NCBI GenBank assembly: GCA_023409435.1
Contig: JAEYHP010000055.1
Coordinates: 15,773 to 79,772, forward strand
Direction: 5' to 3'
DNA length: 64,000 nt
DNA from: Bacillota bacterium
GTDB taxonomy: Bacteria > Bacillota > Clostridia > Christensenellales > CAG-138
The notes below the pieces were generated by a model. The model was not told the DNA's origin, did not search any database, and worked only from the letters and a program-made list of their open reading frames with translations. The first letter of the stretch is position 1, and each line of letters opens with the position of its first letter. The translations under genes were made by a program, and so were the position numbers. Shown here piece by piece: positions 19,137-29,894 of the stretch.

Positions 19137-19382
19137 TTACAGCTCTCGCAGCACGAGTTCCGTCTGCCCCTGATTGAGGCCGATTTCAAGCCGCAATACT
19201 TTTGGGTGGGCGCGGTAGGTTTTACGCACAAAATCCCTAAGCGCCGTGCCGCGCTGGTAGCCGTGGATGACGCGGATGCGGTACGTCGCGTTTGTGGCTT
19301 TTTTGAGCGCGCTGTCGATGCAGGCCTTTGCCTGTATTGTCGTCATGCCGTGGATGTCGAGTTCCGTGATTCCCGCCTGCAA
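19137..19382 (-). CDS. Smr domain-containing protein
   Basis: ELDIHGMTTIQAKACID...RVIHGYQRGTALRDFV matches the Smr/MutS2 C-terminal domain. The in-frame TTG at 19382 has GGAGG 6 nt upstream. The longest ORF runs to 19463 but has no RBS. Confidence 0.65.
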   Translation of the reverse strand: MQAGITELDIHGMTTIQAKACIDSALKKATNATYRIRVIHGYQRGTALRDFVRKTYRAHPKVLRLEIGLNQGQTELVLREL

Positions 19383-19528
19383 TATAAACCTCCGCCCGAT
19401 GTCGTTCTTTTTCAGTATAAACGGGAAACATAGAGCGTGCATAGCCGCGGGCTGTATTTTCAAAAAGATTTGTTATATAATGCCCATAGAGCAAAATCAT
19501 CCATTGATACAAGGAGGCATTTTATAGT

Positions 19529-20188
19529 ATGGAAATCAACCGATATCTTGACTATGCCATATTGAAACCCGAAATGACCCAACAGGAAACGCGCGAGGCC
19601 ATACGGCTGGGCCTGGAATATGATGTTGCGACCATATGCGTCCATCCCCGCGATATTGAACTTGCAAAAGAGATGTGCAAGGGAACCAATACGGAAGTGA
19701 TCTGTGTGCTGGACTTTCCGCATGGCTGCGCCACCGCCGCCGCAAAGGAAGCGCTCGCGGGTATTTACGCCGACCAGGGCGTCACGGAGATCGACATGGT
19801 CATGAATTATGGCTATGCGCGCTCCGGCCTGTGGGATGAGGTGGAAGACGAGGTCCGCCGCGTCGTCCGTCAGGCGCATGCCCGCAACGTCATCGTCAAG
19901 GTGATATTCGAAACCAGCCAGCTCACCGTGGAAGAGATCAAAAAGGGCGTGGAAGTCTGCATCGCCGCGGGCGCGGATTTTGTGAAGACCTCCACCGGTT
20001 TTTATGGCGAAGGCGCAACCATGACCTCGGTAGGCGCGATGATTGAGGCCGCGCAGGGCCGCATCAAGGTCAAGCCCTCCGGCGGCATCCGCGAGCGGGC
20101 CGTAGTGGAAAAGTTTATCGAGATGGGCGCGGAGCGCATCGGCGCGGGCGCGGCTTCTGTCGCCGCTCTGTGTGGGGAGAAGAAGTAA
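19529..20188 (+). CDS. deoC: deoxyribose-phosphate aldolase
   Basis: 219 aa. Contains LDYAILKPE, ICVHP and FVKTSTGF (Schiff-base Lys), then KVKPSGGIR. Confidence 0.9.
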   Translation: MEINRYLDYAILKPEMTQQETREAIRLGLEYDVATICVHPRDIELAKEMCKGTNTEVICVLDFPHGCATAAAKEALAGIYADQGVTEIDMVMNYGYARSGLWDEVEDEVRRVVRQAHARNVIVKVIFETSQLTVEEIKKGVEVCIAAGADFVKTSTGFYGEGATMTSVGAMIEAAQGRIKVKPSGGIRERAVVEKFIEMGAERIGAGAASVAALCGEKK

Positions 20189-20210
20189 GAGTTTTTATAA
20201 GATATGCAAG

Positions 20211-20235
20211 AGCGGAGGCAATGCCTCCGCTTTTG
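20211..20235 (+). terminator. rho-independent terminator after deoC
   Basis: agcggaggcaatgcctccgct followed by tttg. Confidence 0.7.
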
Positions 20236-20250
20236 AGTATCTATAAACTC

Positions 20251-20504
20251 TGCTTTAGGGTTTCAGGGTATCGGCGTTTCCAGCGCCGACGGTTATTTTT
20301 CACTTTGGGGAAACTACGTTTCCCCAAGCCCCTTCCTTAAGAACGCGCCCGGCGGAGATGTGCCCCTCAGGTGGTGGTACATTATATATGTAGACCTTCT
20401 ACAGCCCAGCGTGAGGTGTTGTTATTGAAATTTCAGTAATCTGATATGGGTTCTTAGGGCCGTTACGGCCCTAAGCGGAGGTTTGGAGGCGGAGCCTCCA
20501 ACGT
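20251..20504 (+). repeat. composite hairpin mosaic element, type 2 (modules C-D-E ... A-B)
   Basis: Modules are C ggtatcggcgtttccagcgccgac, D ggggaaactacgtttcccc, E ccttccttaagaac, a variable spacer, then A gggttcttagggccgttacggccctaagcgg and B gtttggaggcggagcctccaacgt. The same order is seen at 30691-30894. Confidence 0.8.
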
Positions 20505-20511
20505 TTTCTGC

Positions 20512-21039
20512 CTATCTCTCGAACAAGTCATTCCCCAGCGCGTCGATCGCCACGATGGCGGGAACGCCGTCAAACATAAGCTTTGTAATCGCCTCCGCGC
20601 CAAGCTCCGGGAAGGCGACAGTTTCAGCCTCCACAATATGCCGGGCAATCATTATGCCTGCGCCTCCGGTGGCGGCGAAATACACGGCGTGGCCGCGCAT
20701 GGCTTCCTTTACTTCCGCGCTTCGCATGCCTTTCCCAATCATGGCGCTCATGCCGCGTTCGATGAGGGTGGGCGTATACGCGTCCACGCGCCCGCTGGTG
20801 GTGGGCCCGCAGGGGCCAATCACCTCGCCGGGGGCCGCGGGGCAGGGCCCGGCGTAATAGATGCATGCGCCTTGTAGCGGGATGGGCAGGCTTTCCCCGG
20901 CTTCGATCATGGCGTATAGCCGCTTATGTGCGGCGTCCCGCGCGGTATAGGCCGTGCCGTAGAGGGCGACGATGTCGCCCGCGCGCAGGGTGGAAATGGC
21001 GTCTTTGGAAAGCGGGAGGTCAACGCGTATTGCTTCCAT
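20512..21039 (-). CDS. class I (Fe-S) fumarate hydratase / hydro-lyase, beta subunit
   Basis: ATG 21039 (MEAIRVDLP...) with RBS ggagg. Contains GTAYTARDAAHKRL and GPCGPTTSGRVDAYTP...MIGKG. Confidence 0.85.
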   Translation of the reverse strand: MEAIRVDLPLSKDAISTLRAGDIVALYGTAYTARDAAHKRLYAMIEAGESLPIPLQGACIYYAGPCPAAPGEVIGPCGPTTSGRVDAYTPTLIERGMSAMIGKGMRSAEVKEAMRGHAVYFAATGGAGIMIARHIVEAETVAFPELGAEAITKLMFDGVPAIVAIDALGNDLFER

Positions 21040-21050
21040 CGTATTCCTCC

Positions 21051-21884
21051 TTACAGTACGGCGCTTGCGTGGCGCGCGCAATGGCACTGCACGTTTACGG
21101 CTACGGGCAAACCGGCGAGGTGCGTAGGCAGTTCGCCGATGTGTACGGCAAGCGCTGTCGTCTTCCCGCCCAAGCCCATGGGGCCGAGGCCAAGCGCGTT
21201 AATCCGCGCTAGCGTTTTCTGTTCCAAGGCGATAAGTTCCGGCGTTTCGGCAGCGGAATCGATCTCCCGCAGCAGTTGCCGTTTTGCTAAAAGTGCAGCC
21301 GCTTCCATGGTGCCGCCAATTCCCACGCCGAGTATCACAGGCGGGCACGCGTTCGCGGCGCCCAGACGCGCGGTCTCCACAATGGCGTCGGCGACTCCTT
21401 CCACCCCTTTGTTCGGGGTGAGCATGTAGAGCTTGCTCATGTTCTCGCTGCCAAAACCCTTGGGGGCGACGGTGATCGTTACCCGGTCTCCCGGCACAAA
21501 GCGGATATGCAAGATCGCGGGCGTATTGTCGCCCGTGTTTTTTCTTGCAAGCGCCGTAAGCGAAGATTTTCGCAATTACGCCTCCGTATATGCATGCCGC
21601 ACACCGGCGTTGACGGCGAAGTTGACGTCCCCTTCTATAAAAACATCCTGCCCGATATCGAGGAACACCACGGCAAGCCCCGTATCCTGGCAGCAGGGGC
21701 GGCGGGCGGCGCGGGCCATTTTCTCATTCTCTAATATCTGGCGCAGCGTTTCGCGGGCGGCGCCTTCTTCTTTTTCATGCGCCGATTTGAGGGCGGTCAG
21801 CACGTCCTCCGGCAGGCGGCACACTGCGTCCACGCACAAGCCCGCTACCGCGGCTTCTATCGCCTCGGCCCGTATGATACGCAT
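21051..21884 (-). CDS. class I (Fe-S) fumarate hydratase / hydro-lyase, alpha subunit, interrupted by an in-frame TAA at 21576-21578
   Basis: ORFs 21576-21923 and 21051-21575 are in one frame separated only by TAA: ...CCQDTGLAVVFLDIGQDV...RHAYTEA[TAA]LRKSSLTALARKNTGDNTPAILHI... Start at ATG 21884 with RBS ggagga. Confidence 0.8.
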
Positions 21885-22284
21885 ATACGTTCCTCCACAG
21901 TCCTTATGGGGATAGTATAGCATAAAAATGCACCGGGCCGTTTAAAAATCAAAGAAAAAGGCATACCGAATCGCACACCTTTTGTTTTCTGACGCTAAAC
22001 CTCCGGTTTAATAAAACTGCGCCTGAAATTTGAGGCGGATTTTACATACATCTTGCTCTCTGTACAGAAAAGGACGAAAATCGCCGCGCTCCGCATGGAA
22101 TTTTCACATCAGGCAATCGAAAACCGCGTTGACAAACGCATATTTTTATGTTTCAATAAATAAGGTTTTGTTTAGGAACAGTAAACTACGAGTTTAGAGT
22201 TTGTGCGAATGGCACAACGGCGCGGTTTTAAAGAGATATGCGCCATATATACGGCGCACAGGGCAAAAACGAAAGGAGGCGGCC

Positions 22285-22824
22285 ATGCAGATCGGCGAAA
22301 AGATCAAGCGCATGCGGGTGCGCTTAGGGCTCACGCAGGAAGAGCTGGCGGCCCGCACGGAGCTTAGTAAGGGCTTTATTTCCCAGCTTGAACGCGATTT
22401 GACCTCCCCCTCCATCGCCACGCTGATGGATATTTTAGAGGCGCTGGGCAGCGATATCGGGACATTCTTTCAGGAAACCCCGCCCGAGAAAGTGGTATAT
22501 ACCGCCGCGGACGTGTTCGTGAAGGAAGACGCGGAGAATTTAAGCTCCGTGAGCTGGCTTATTACAAACGCGCAGAAGAACGCGCTGGAACCCATACTTG
22601 TCACGCTTGACCCCGGCGGAAAGAGTTTTGTACATGATCCTCACGAGGGCGAGGAATTCGGCCACATACTCCAGGGCGCGGTTACGCTGTATCTGGGAGA
22701 AAAGAAGTACCGGTTGAAGAAGAACGACAGCTTCTATTTCCGGCCCCAGAGCGTGCACTACATTGAAAACAACGGCAAAAAAGAGGCGAATATCCTCTGG
22801 ATTTCAACTCCCCCCACGTTCTAA
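22285..22824 (+). CDS. XRE-family HTH + cupin domain transcriptional regulator (PuuR-like)
   Basis: ATG 22285 with RBS aaaggagg. The N-terminal HTH is IGEKIKRMRVRLGLTQEELAARTELSKGFISQLER. The C-terminal cupin is HEGEEFGHILQGAVTLYLG...FYFRPQSVHYIEN. Lies upstream of potABCD. Confidence 0.8.
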   Translation: MQIGEKIKRMRVRLGLTQEELAARTELSKGFISQLERDLTSPSIATLMDILEALGSDIGTFFQETPPEKVVYTAADVFVKEDAENLSSVSWLITNAQKNALEPILVTLDPGGKSFVHDPHEGEEFGHILQGAVTLYLGEKKYRLKKNDSFYFRPQSVHYIENNGKKEANILWISTPPTF

Positions 22825-22855
22825 GCGGCGGAAATAGACTTGCCTATATAGGTTA

Positions 22856-22897
22856 CGCTTTCTTTTGTTTCTTTTCTTTCGTGGAAAGAAAAGAAAC
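22856..22897 (+). repeat. CTTTC-rich hairpin repeat, copy 2 (33 nt upstream of potA)
   Basis: gctttcttttgtttcttttctttcgtggaaagaaaagaaac. Confidence 0.75.
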
Positions 22898-22929
22898 GCA
22901 CCTCTCTTATTCGTATGGAGGAACCCTAA

Positions 22930-23978
<1,049 letters not shown>

Positions 23979-23982
<4 letters not shown>

Positions 23983-24797
23983 AGCGCACGGTATTCGCCT
24001 ACCCCTACGTGGTATGGATGGCGATATTCATATTCGCCCCCATGCTGCTCATCGTCTATTACGCCTTCACAATGGAAGGCGGCTTTACGCTTGCAAATTT
24101 AGCTGGCGCTGCCGATCCGCTGTACCTGGAGGTTTTGTTGCGCTCCGTCTGGATGGCGCTGCGGGCGACGGCGATGTGCCTGCTCTTAGGCTACCCCATC
24201 GCCTACCTGCTTTCCCGCATGAAAAAGAGCACGGCTACCATACTTTCGGTGCTGTTTGTCGTACCCATGTGGATGAACTTCTTGCTGCGCACCTACGCGT
24301 GGCAGGTGCTGTTAAATTCCGGCGGCATTCTCAACAGCCTGCTTGCTGCGCTGGGCCTGCCACAGCATGAGTTTCTGTATACCGAGGGCGCTGTGATGCT
24401 CGGCATGGTGTATAATTTCCTGCCGTTCATGGTGCTACCCATACATACGGTGCTCACCAAAATGGACCGTTCGCACATTGAGGCCGCAAACGACCTTGGC
24501 GCGAACGGGTTCCAGACGTTTTTCAAGGTGGTGGTGCCGCTTTCCATGCCCGGCGTGATCTCGGGGATTACCATGGTGTTCATCCCGTCCATCACCACGT
24601 TTGCTATCTCCCGCCTCCTGGGCGGCGGCAAGTTCATGATGTATGGCGACCTCATTGAAAACCAGTTCCTGCTGATGCAGGATTGGGGCTCCGGCTCCGC
24701 TCTTTCCTTCATACTGCTCATCCTCGTGCTCATCAGCATGGCCATCATGCGCCGGGCGGAAGGCGCCGCAGGGCAGGAAGGGGGCATGCTCTGGTGA
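23979..24797 (+). CDS. potB: spermidine/putrescine ABC transporter permease
   Basis: 272 aa, 6 TM. EAA-type loop [26 protein letters not shown]. Its ATG overlaps the potA stop. Confidence 0.88.
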
Positions 24798-25612
24798 AAA
24801 AGCTGCGCACGTTTTTCAAGGGCACCTACCTCGGGCTGATGCTGCTGTTCCTCTACGCCCCCATCGCGGTGCTCATCGTGTATTCATTCAACGAAAGCAA
24901 GACGATGGGCCACTGGACGGCGTTTTCTTTCCGCTGGTACGAGGCGCTCTTCCACGATTCCATGGTCATGGAGGCGCTGACGGTCACGTTAACGGTTGCG
25001 ATCATCTCCGCGTTCGTTGCAACGGCCATCGGCACGTTCGCCGCCATAGGCATCCACTCCATGAAGAAGGCGCCCAGGGTGGTGGTGGAAAACATCAGCC
25101 AGCTTCCTGTCGTGAACCCGGACCTTGTCACGGGTATTTCGCTGATGATGCTGTTCGCGTTCATGAACTTAAAGGACAGCTACTTGCGCCTGCTTGTCGC
25201 GCATATCACGTTCAATATCCCGTACGTCATATTTTCCGTTATGCCCAAGCTCAAGCAAAGCTCCAACCAGCTGTACGAGGCCGCTTTGGACCTTGGATGT
25301 ACGCCGTTTGAGGCGCTGTGGAAAGTGATACTGCCGGATATCATGCCGGGCGTTGTTTCCGGTTTCATACTCGCATTCACGCTTTCTTTGGATGATTTTG
25401 TGGTGTCCTACTTCTCCACGCAGGGCGTGCAGAACCTTTCCATTTACATCTACTCCATCGCGCGCAAGGGCATCAACCCCAAGATCAACGCGCTTTCTAC
25501 GCTGATGTTTATCGCCGTGGTGACGCTGCTCTTAATCGTGAACCTGAAATCCATCCGCGAGGAGCGCGAGGCGGCCGCGCAAAGCAAGAAGGTCGCGAGC
25601 AAGAGTGTGTGA
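24794..25612 (+). CDS. potC: spermidine/putrescine ABC transporter permease
   Basis: The GTG start overlaps the potB stop (GTGA). Permease loop YEAALDLGCTPFEALWKVILPDIMPG. Confidence 0.85.
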   Translation: MKKLRTFFKGTYLGLMLLFLYAPIAVLIVYSFNESKTMGHWTAFSFRWYEALFHDSMVMEALTVTLTVAIISAFVATAIGTFAAIGIHSMKKAPRVVVENISQLPVVNPDLVTGISLMMLFAFMNLKDSYLRLLVAHITFNIPYVIFSVMPKLKQSSNQLYEAALDLGCTPFEALWKVILPDIMPGVVSGFILAFTLSLDDFVVSYFSTQGVQNLSIYIYSIARKGINPKINALSTLMFIAVVTLLLIVNLKSIREEREAAAQSKKVASKSV

Positions 25613-25625
25613 AAATGTGGTTTAT

Positions 25626-25743
25626 TTGGAGGCTCTGCCTCCAAGCCTCTGCTTAGGGTCGTAACGACCCTAAGCACCCAATTCTGAAATGCTTATTCTA
25701 AGGCATTTCAGAGAAAGGGATTCATAAGGGATGAAGCCCCTGA
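25626..25743 (-). repeat. composite hairpin mosaic element, type 1, inverted (between potC and potD)
   Basis: The reverse complement reads tgggtgcttagggtcgttacgaccctaagcagaggcttggaggcagagcctccaa (modules A-B). It is preceded on that strand by the F module ctgaaatgccttagaataagcatttcag and an H-like module. Confidence 0.75.
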
Positions 25744-25782
25744 AGAGAAGAACTCTAAATTTATATAGACGGAGGAAAAGAG

Positions 25783-26823
25783 ATGAAAAAGATTGCGGTT
25801 GTACTGGCGCTGGTTCTGCTCATTGGCGCAGTCGCGGGCTGCGGGAGCAAGACGGGTGAAGTGACGCTCAACGTGCTCAACTGGGGGGATTATATCGACG
25901 ATACCGTCATCGCCCAGTTTGAGGAGGAGAACCCCGGCATCAAGGTGAATTACCTGACGGCGGCGAGCAACGAGGAAATGCTCGTCAAGCTTTCGGCGCC
26001 GGATTCGATATTCGACGTCTGCTTCCCGTCGGATTACACCATCGAAAAAATGATCGCGCAGGGTATGCTGCATGAGATCAATAAGGAGAACATCCCCAAC
26101 ATTGAGAACATCGACGGGCGGTTTTTAAACCTGGATTTCGATCCTGGCAACAGGTACTCTGTACCCTATATGTGGGGTACCGTGGGCATTCTCTACAACA
26201 CCACCATGGTAACGGAACCCGTTACCAGCTGGCAGGCGCTTTGGGATGAACAGTATGCGGGCCAGATCTTGATGTACGACAGCCTCAGGGACAGCATCGG
26301 CGTCACGCTCAAAATGCTGGGTTACTCCGTCAATACCCGGAACGAGGCGGATATCATTGCCGCGCGGGACGCGCTTGTTGCGCAGAAGCCGCTTGTCAAG
26401 GCGTATCTGGACGACCCCATCAAGGAGAACATGATCAACGGCTCCGCGGCGCTTGCCGTGGTATATTCCGGGGACGCCGTCTACTGCATCGGCGAAAACC
26501 CGGATCTTGCGTATGTCGTGCCGCAGGAAGGCAGCAATTTGTGGTTTGATAACATCATCGTTCCCAAGACGTCGCAGCACCCGGAAGAGGCCGAGAAGTT
26601 CATCAACTTCCTGTGCGACGCGGAAGTGGCAAAAAAGAACACCGAGTACATCGGCTACTCCAGCCCCAACAAGGCAGCGGTCGCGCTGTTATCTGAGGAC
26701 TGGACGTCCGATGAAACCTACAATCCCCCGCAGGATGTGCTGGACCGCTGCGAGGTGTTTCGGGATCTCGGCGAGTTCATCAAGGTCTACAACGATGCAT
26801 GGAGCCATGTGAAGTCGGAGTAA
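25783..26823 (+). CDS. potD: spermidine/putrescine ABC transporter substrate-binding lipoprotein
   Basis: 346 aa. Lipobox LIGAVAGC. Contains LNVLNWGDYID and YSVPYMWGT, typical of PotD/PotF. Confidence 0.88.
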   Translation: MKKIAVVLALVLLIGAVAGCGSKTGEVTLNVLNWGDYIDDTVIAQFEEENPGIKVNYLTAASNEEMLVKLSAPDSIFDVCFPSDYTIEKMIAQGMLHEINKENIPNIENIDGRFLNLDFDPGNRYSVPYMWGTVGILYNTTMVTEPVTSWQALWDEQYAGQILMYDSLRDSIGVTLKMLGYSVNTRNEADIIAARDALVAQKPLVKAYLDDPIKENMINGSAALAVVYSGDAVYCIGENPDLAYVVPQEGSNLWFDNIIVPKTSQHPEEAEKFINFLCDAEVAKKNTEYIGYSSPNKAAVALLSEDWTSDETYNPPQDVLDRCEVFRDLGEFIKVYNDAWSHVKSE

Positions 26824-26905
26824 CAATTTCGGATAAAAGGATGAACCTTTCCGGGGCGCAGCTTGCGTCCTTGATGGGAGGCATCTTGGACACTAGGCTC
26901 GATGG

Positions 26906-27006
26906 CCTTCTTAAGGAAGGGGTGTGGGGAAACGCAGTTTCCCCATAGTAAAAAATAAGCGTCGGCGCCGAAAGCGCCGATACCTTGAAACCCTTAAGCA
27001 GGTTTC
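26906..27006 (-). repeat. hairpin mosaic element, modules C-D-E only, inverted
   Basis: ccttcttaaggaagggg...ggggaaacgcagtttcccc...gtcggcgccgaaagcgccgatacc is the reverse complement of the C-D-E block at 20251 and 30691. Confidence 0.75.
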
Positions 27007-27076
27007 TTAATACGAAAAAAGCGCCGACCGAAAGGTTGGCGCTTTTGTATGCAAGTTGGGTTCTTAGTAAAAGTCA

Positions 27077-28195
27077 TCAATGGCAGGCTTCTTCACCCAG
27101 CGTCAGGGCCTGCTGCATCAATACGGTAGCCAAGCCTTTTGCGCGGCTCCAGACGAGTTCGTCGAACTGCGCGTCCTCATGCGGCAGCGATCCGTTGCCC
27201 ACAGGGGTCAATTCAATGCAGAAGCCGGGGAGCAGATATTCCTGCCGGAACCAGTTTTCAAATCCCGCGGCGTATACCGCAGGGTCGGCGGACACTTCCA
27301 TCATAGAGTAGCCCGTCACTTCTGCAAGGGACTCTGCAATGGGCGCTGCGGCGGGGATCGCGTCCTCTGTGCCGCTGTCCGCCCAGTAAATGGTCTCGCC
27401 CTTGGTGTGGAAGGAGGCGGCCAATACAAACGTGTTCTCCTCGCACAGCTTCATCACAGCCTGTACCTCGGGTTCGGTGGCGGGGGCGGTGCCTTTGTAC
27501 ATTTCAGAGCTGGGCACGTCCGTGTTGCTCACCTTTTCCTCCCAGTGGCAGGGATATTGGCGGTTGAGGTCCACGCCGTTGATGTTGGCCTTCCATTCGC
27601 TGTAGGTACCCTGGAGCATGCGCATTGCCTTTACGGCCTCCGGATTTTTCGCTGCATCCGGCCCGTTTTGCACCAGGTTCACGCCGTCCGGGTTGACCAT
27701 GGGCACGATATATACCGTGACGGAATCGAGCAGGTTGTCTGTGCCCGCCTCGTAGGCTCCGGCGTACGCATCTACGGTTTCCATCAAAAACGTGCTGGTG
27801 ATGTATTCGCGCGCATGGTGCGTGCCAAGCAGCAGCAGTTTTGTTTCGCCTTTTCCGAGCTTTATGAGCGTAAGTTCCCTGCCTTCCACGGATTTGCCGA
27901 TGGAGGAAACCTCAATCAAGTCGGGGTACGCCTGGGCAAGTTCGTTCGTGTCCTCAAGCGTCATCTCATACGTATAGGTCTGGTTGGGGTTTATAAGGTT
28001 CTTTTCATCCTGCATGGGCGGCTCCGTCTGTTCGTTTTCCAAAGGCAGCGGGGTATCCGCCGCGCTTTCACCTTGCTGTGCCTGAGGTTCGTCTGAAGGG
28101 AAGTCGAGCGTGCCAGGGTCATTCGCGATTGGCGCGCATGCGGCGAGCAAGCAAACGAGCAGCGCGCATGCGGTAAGGGTCATCCATTTGCGCAT
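27077..28195 (-). CDS. M14 family zinc carboxypeptidase lipoprotein
   Basis: 372 aa. Lipobox LLAAC. Zn ligand motif GTHHAREYIT, then MVNPDG and SFHTKGETIYW. Confidence 0.85.
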   Translation of the reverse strand: MRKWMTLTACALLVCLLAACAPIANDPGTLDFPSDEPQAQQGESAADTPLPLENEQTEPPMQDEKNLINPNQTYTYEMTLEDTNELAQAYPDLIEVSSIGKSVEGRELTLIKLGKGETKLLLLGTHHAREYITSTFLMETVDAYAGAYEAGTDNLLDSVTVYIVPMVNPDGVNLVQNGPDAAKNPEAVKAMRMLQGTYSEWKANINGVDLNRQYPCHWEEKVSNTDVPSSEMYKGTAPATEPEVQAVMKLCEENTFVLAASFHTKGETIYWADSGTEDAIPAAAPIAESLAEVTGYSMMEVSADPAVYAAGFENWFRQEYLLPGFCIELTPVGNGSLPHEDAQFDELVWSRAKGLATVLMQQALTLGEEACH

Positions 28196-28413
28196 GGCAG
28201 TTTCCTTTTCTAGAATTTCAATATCTATTATAACGCATAAAATCGCGTTTTCGTTTCATGTTTTTTCTGGAATCCAGCGGACAATGCCGCTTCAAAAAGT
28301 GCCGGGCGGGGCAAATACGCCTATCTTAAAGGAAAAGAGCGTATGGCTTTTGCAGAGGTTGTCCAAACTAATTCCATGCATTTCCGTTATTTATATTGTA
28401 AAGGAGAAAAACC

Positions 28414-28569
28414 ATGTTCAACAGGAACGCCCTTTCGCCGGACGCGCAGCAGTACTTCAACTCTTTGCCGCTGTTTTTGCAGGAATCCATCATGCAAACA
28501 GGGATGGAGTTCAAAAACAAGCAGGAACTGGTCAATTTCTGCGAGTATGTGGATCATGATAATCCCTGA
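28414..28569 (+). CDS. hypothetical small protein (51 aa), absent from the ORF track (below its length cutoff)
   Basis: Strong RBS aaaggag 7 nt before ATG 28414. Translation is MFNRNALSPDAQQYFNSLPLFLQESIMQTGMEFKNKQELVNFCEYVDHDNP, ending at TGA 28567-28569. Confidence 0.45.
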   Translation: MFNRNALSPDAQQYFNSLPLFLQESIMQTGMEFKNKQELVNFCEYVDHDNP

Positions 28570-28709
28570 TTATGTAGAAAGAATGTAGGCGGCAAGACTT
28601 TGCCTTTTTCTTTTTTGAGTGATGCCACTTCTTCCCATCCGGCTTGCCGACTGGTCTTGCGCTGCGGTATACTAAACTTAAACAAAAGCAATGCCGGGGA
28701 GGACAAAGG

Positions 28710-29894
28710 ATGCCCACCATGCAGCCGCGCCGCAGAAAGAAGCGGCTCTCCATCCTGTGGTATTACCCCATTACGGCGGCAGCCGTCTGTTTTGGCGTGC
28801 TGCTCTTTGTGTTGTTGTATTCCGGCGGCGGCGCTTCCGCCTTGCGTCAAGGGGGGACAGAGACGCTTGCGGCGTCCCCTTCTTCCATAGAAACGGTTGA
28901 AAAAACGGCTGAGGCGAATAAAATCGCACCCTCGCCTTCGCCAAGCCCCGCTCCGCCTGCGGCGGATGCCGATATCGCGGGCAGGCTGTTCCCCTATGAG
29001 GAAGGTACGCTCTGGGGTTACCAAAACGCCAAGGGCGAGGTCGTTATACAGCCGCAGTTTTTGCGTGCGCTCGATTTTTTAGAAGGCCAGTACGCATTCG
29101 CGGCTGTAGAGCGGGACGGCGCGCTGCTGTACGGCCTGCTTTCGCGCAGCGGCGTGTGGGCGGTGGAGCCCCGGTGGAATGAAGTGCGAGGCTTTTCCGA
29201 AGGCCTTGCCGCGGTGGCGGAGGGCGATAAGTGGGGGTATATCGACGTTGCGGGTAACATAAAAATCCCCTGCGCATACCGGGAGGCCGGGGATTTTCAG
29301 GATGGCCGCGCGGCGGTGCGCCCCAATTCTACGTTCGGCTACATCGACCCGGATGGGGATATGGCAATCACGCCCCAGTTTGATGCGGCGGGCGAATTCG
29401 GCAGCGACATGGCGTTTGTAAGCGGCGAAGGCAAGAGCTACATCATAGACAAGGTCGGCAAGAAGATCGCAACGCTCAGCAGCGAAACCGGGACCGTCTA
29501 CCGGGAAGGCTTTGCCGCGGTGGACATCGGGGATGGATACGTGTTTTACAATACCTCGCGCAGGCGCGTGTTTTCAGAAATCTATCAGGATGCGGGCAAT
29601 TTTTCAGAAGGATATGCCGCAATCAAACAGGACGGGCTGTGGGGGTATATCAATACCGGCGGGGTGCTCCTTGTTCAGCCCAAGTACCAGGCTGCGGCCC
29701 CGTTTTCCCAAAGCCGCGCTCCCGTGCAGGACACAAGCGGCAAGTGGGGGTATATCGACAAAACCGGCGCGCACATCATCCCCTGCGTCTATGATGAGGC
29801 GGGGCCGTTCCTGCTTGATTACGCGGTGGTCAAAAAAGATGGAGTCGTGGGCATTGTAGACAGAAGCGGGGAGTTTTTGGAACTGTACCGTTAA
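28710..29894 (+). CDS. membrane-anchored WG (KWG) repeat-containing protein
   Basis: ATG 28710 with RBS ggggagga. One TM (ITAAAVCFGVLLFVLL) followed by about 8 repeats of WGY(I/Q)(D/N)xxGxxxIxPxYxxAxxFxxGxAxV. Confidence 0.8.
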   Translation: MPTMQPRRRKKRLSILWYYPITAAAVCFGVLLFVLLYSGGGASALRQGGTETLAASPSSIETVEKTAEANKIAPSPSPSPAPPAADADIAGRLFPYEEGTLWGYQNAKGEVVIQPQFLRALDFLEGQYAFAAVERDGALLYGLLSRSGVWAVEPRWNEVRGFSEGLAAVAEGDKWGYIDVAGNIKIPCAYREAGDFQDGRAAVRPNSTFGYIDPDGDMAITPQFDAAGEFGSDMAFVSGEGKSYIIDKVGKKIATLSSETGTVYREGFAAVDIGDGYVFYNTSRRRVFSEIYQDAGNFSEGYAAIKQDGLWGYINTGGVLLVQPKYQAAAPFSQSRAPVQDTSGKWGYIDKTGAHIIPCVYDEAGPFLLDYAVVKKDGVVGIVDRSGEFLELYR

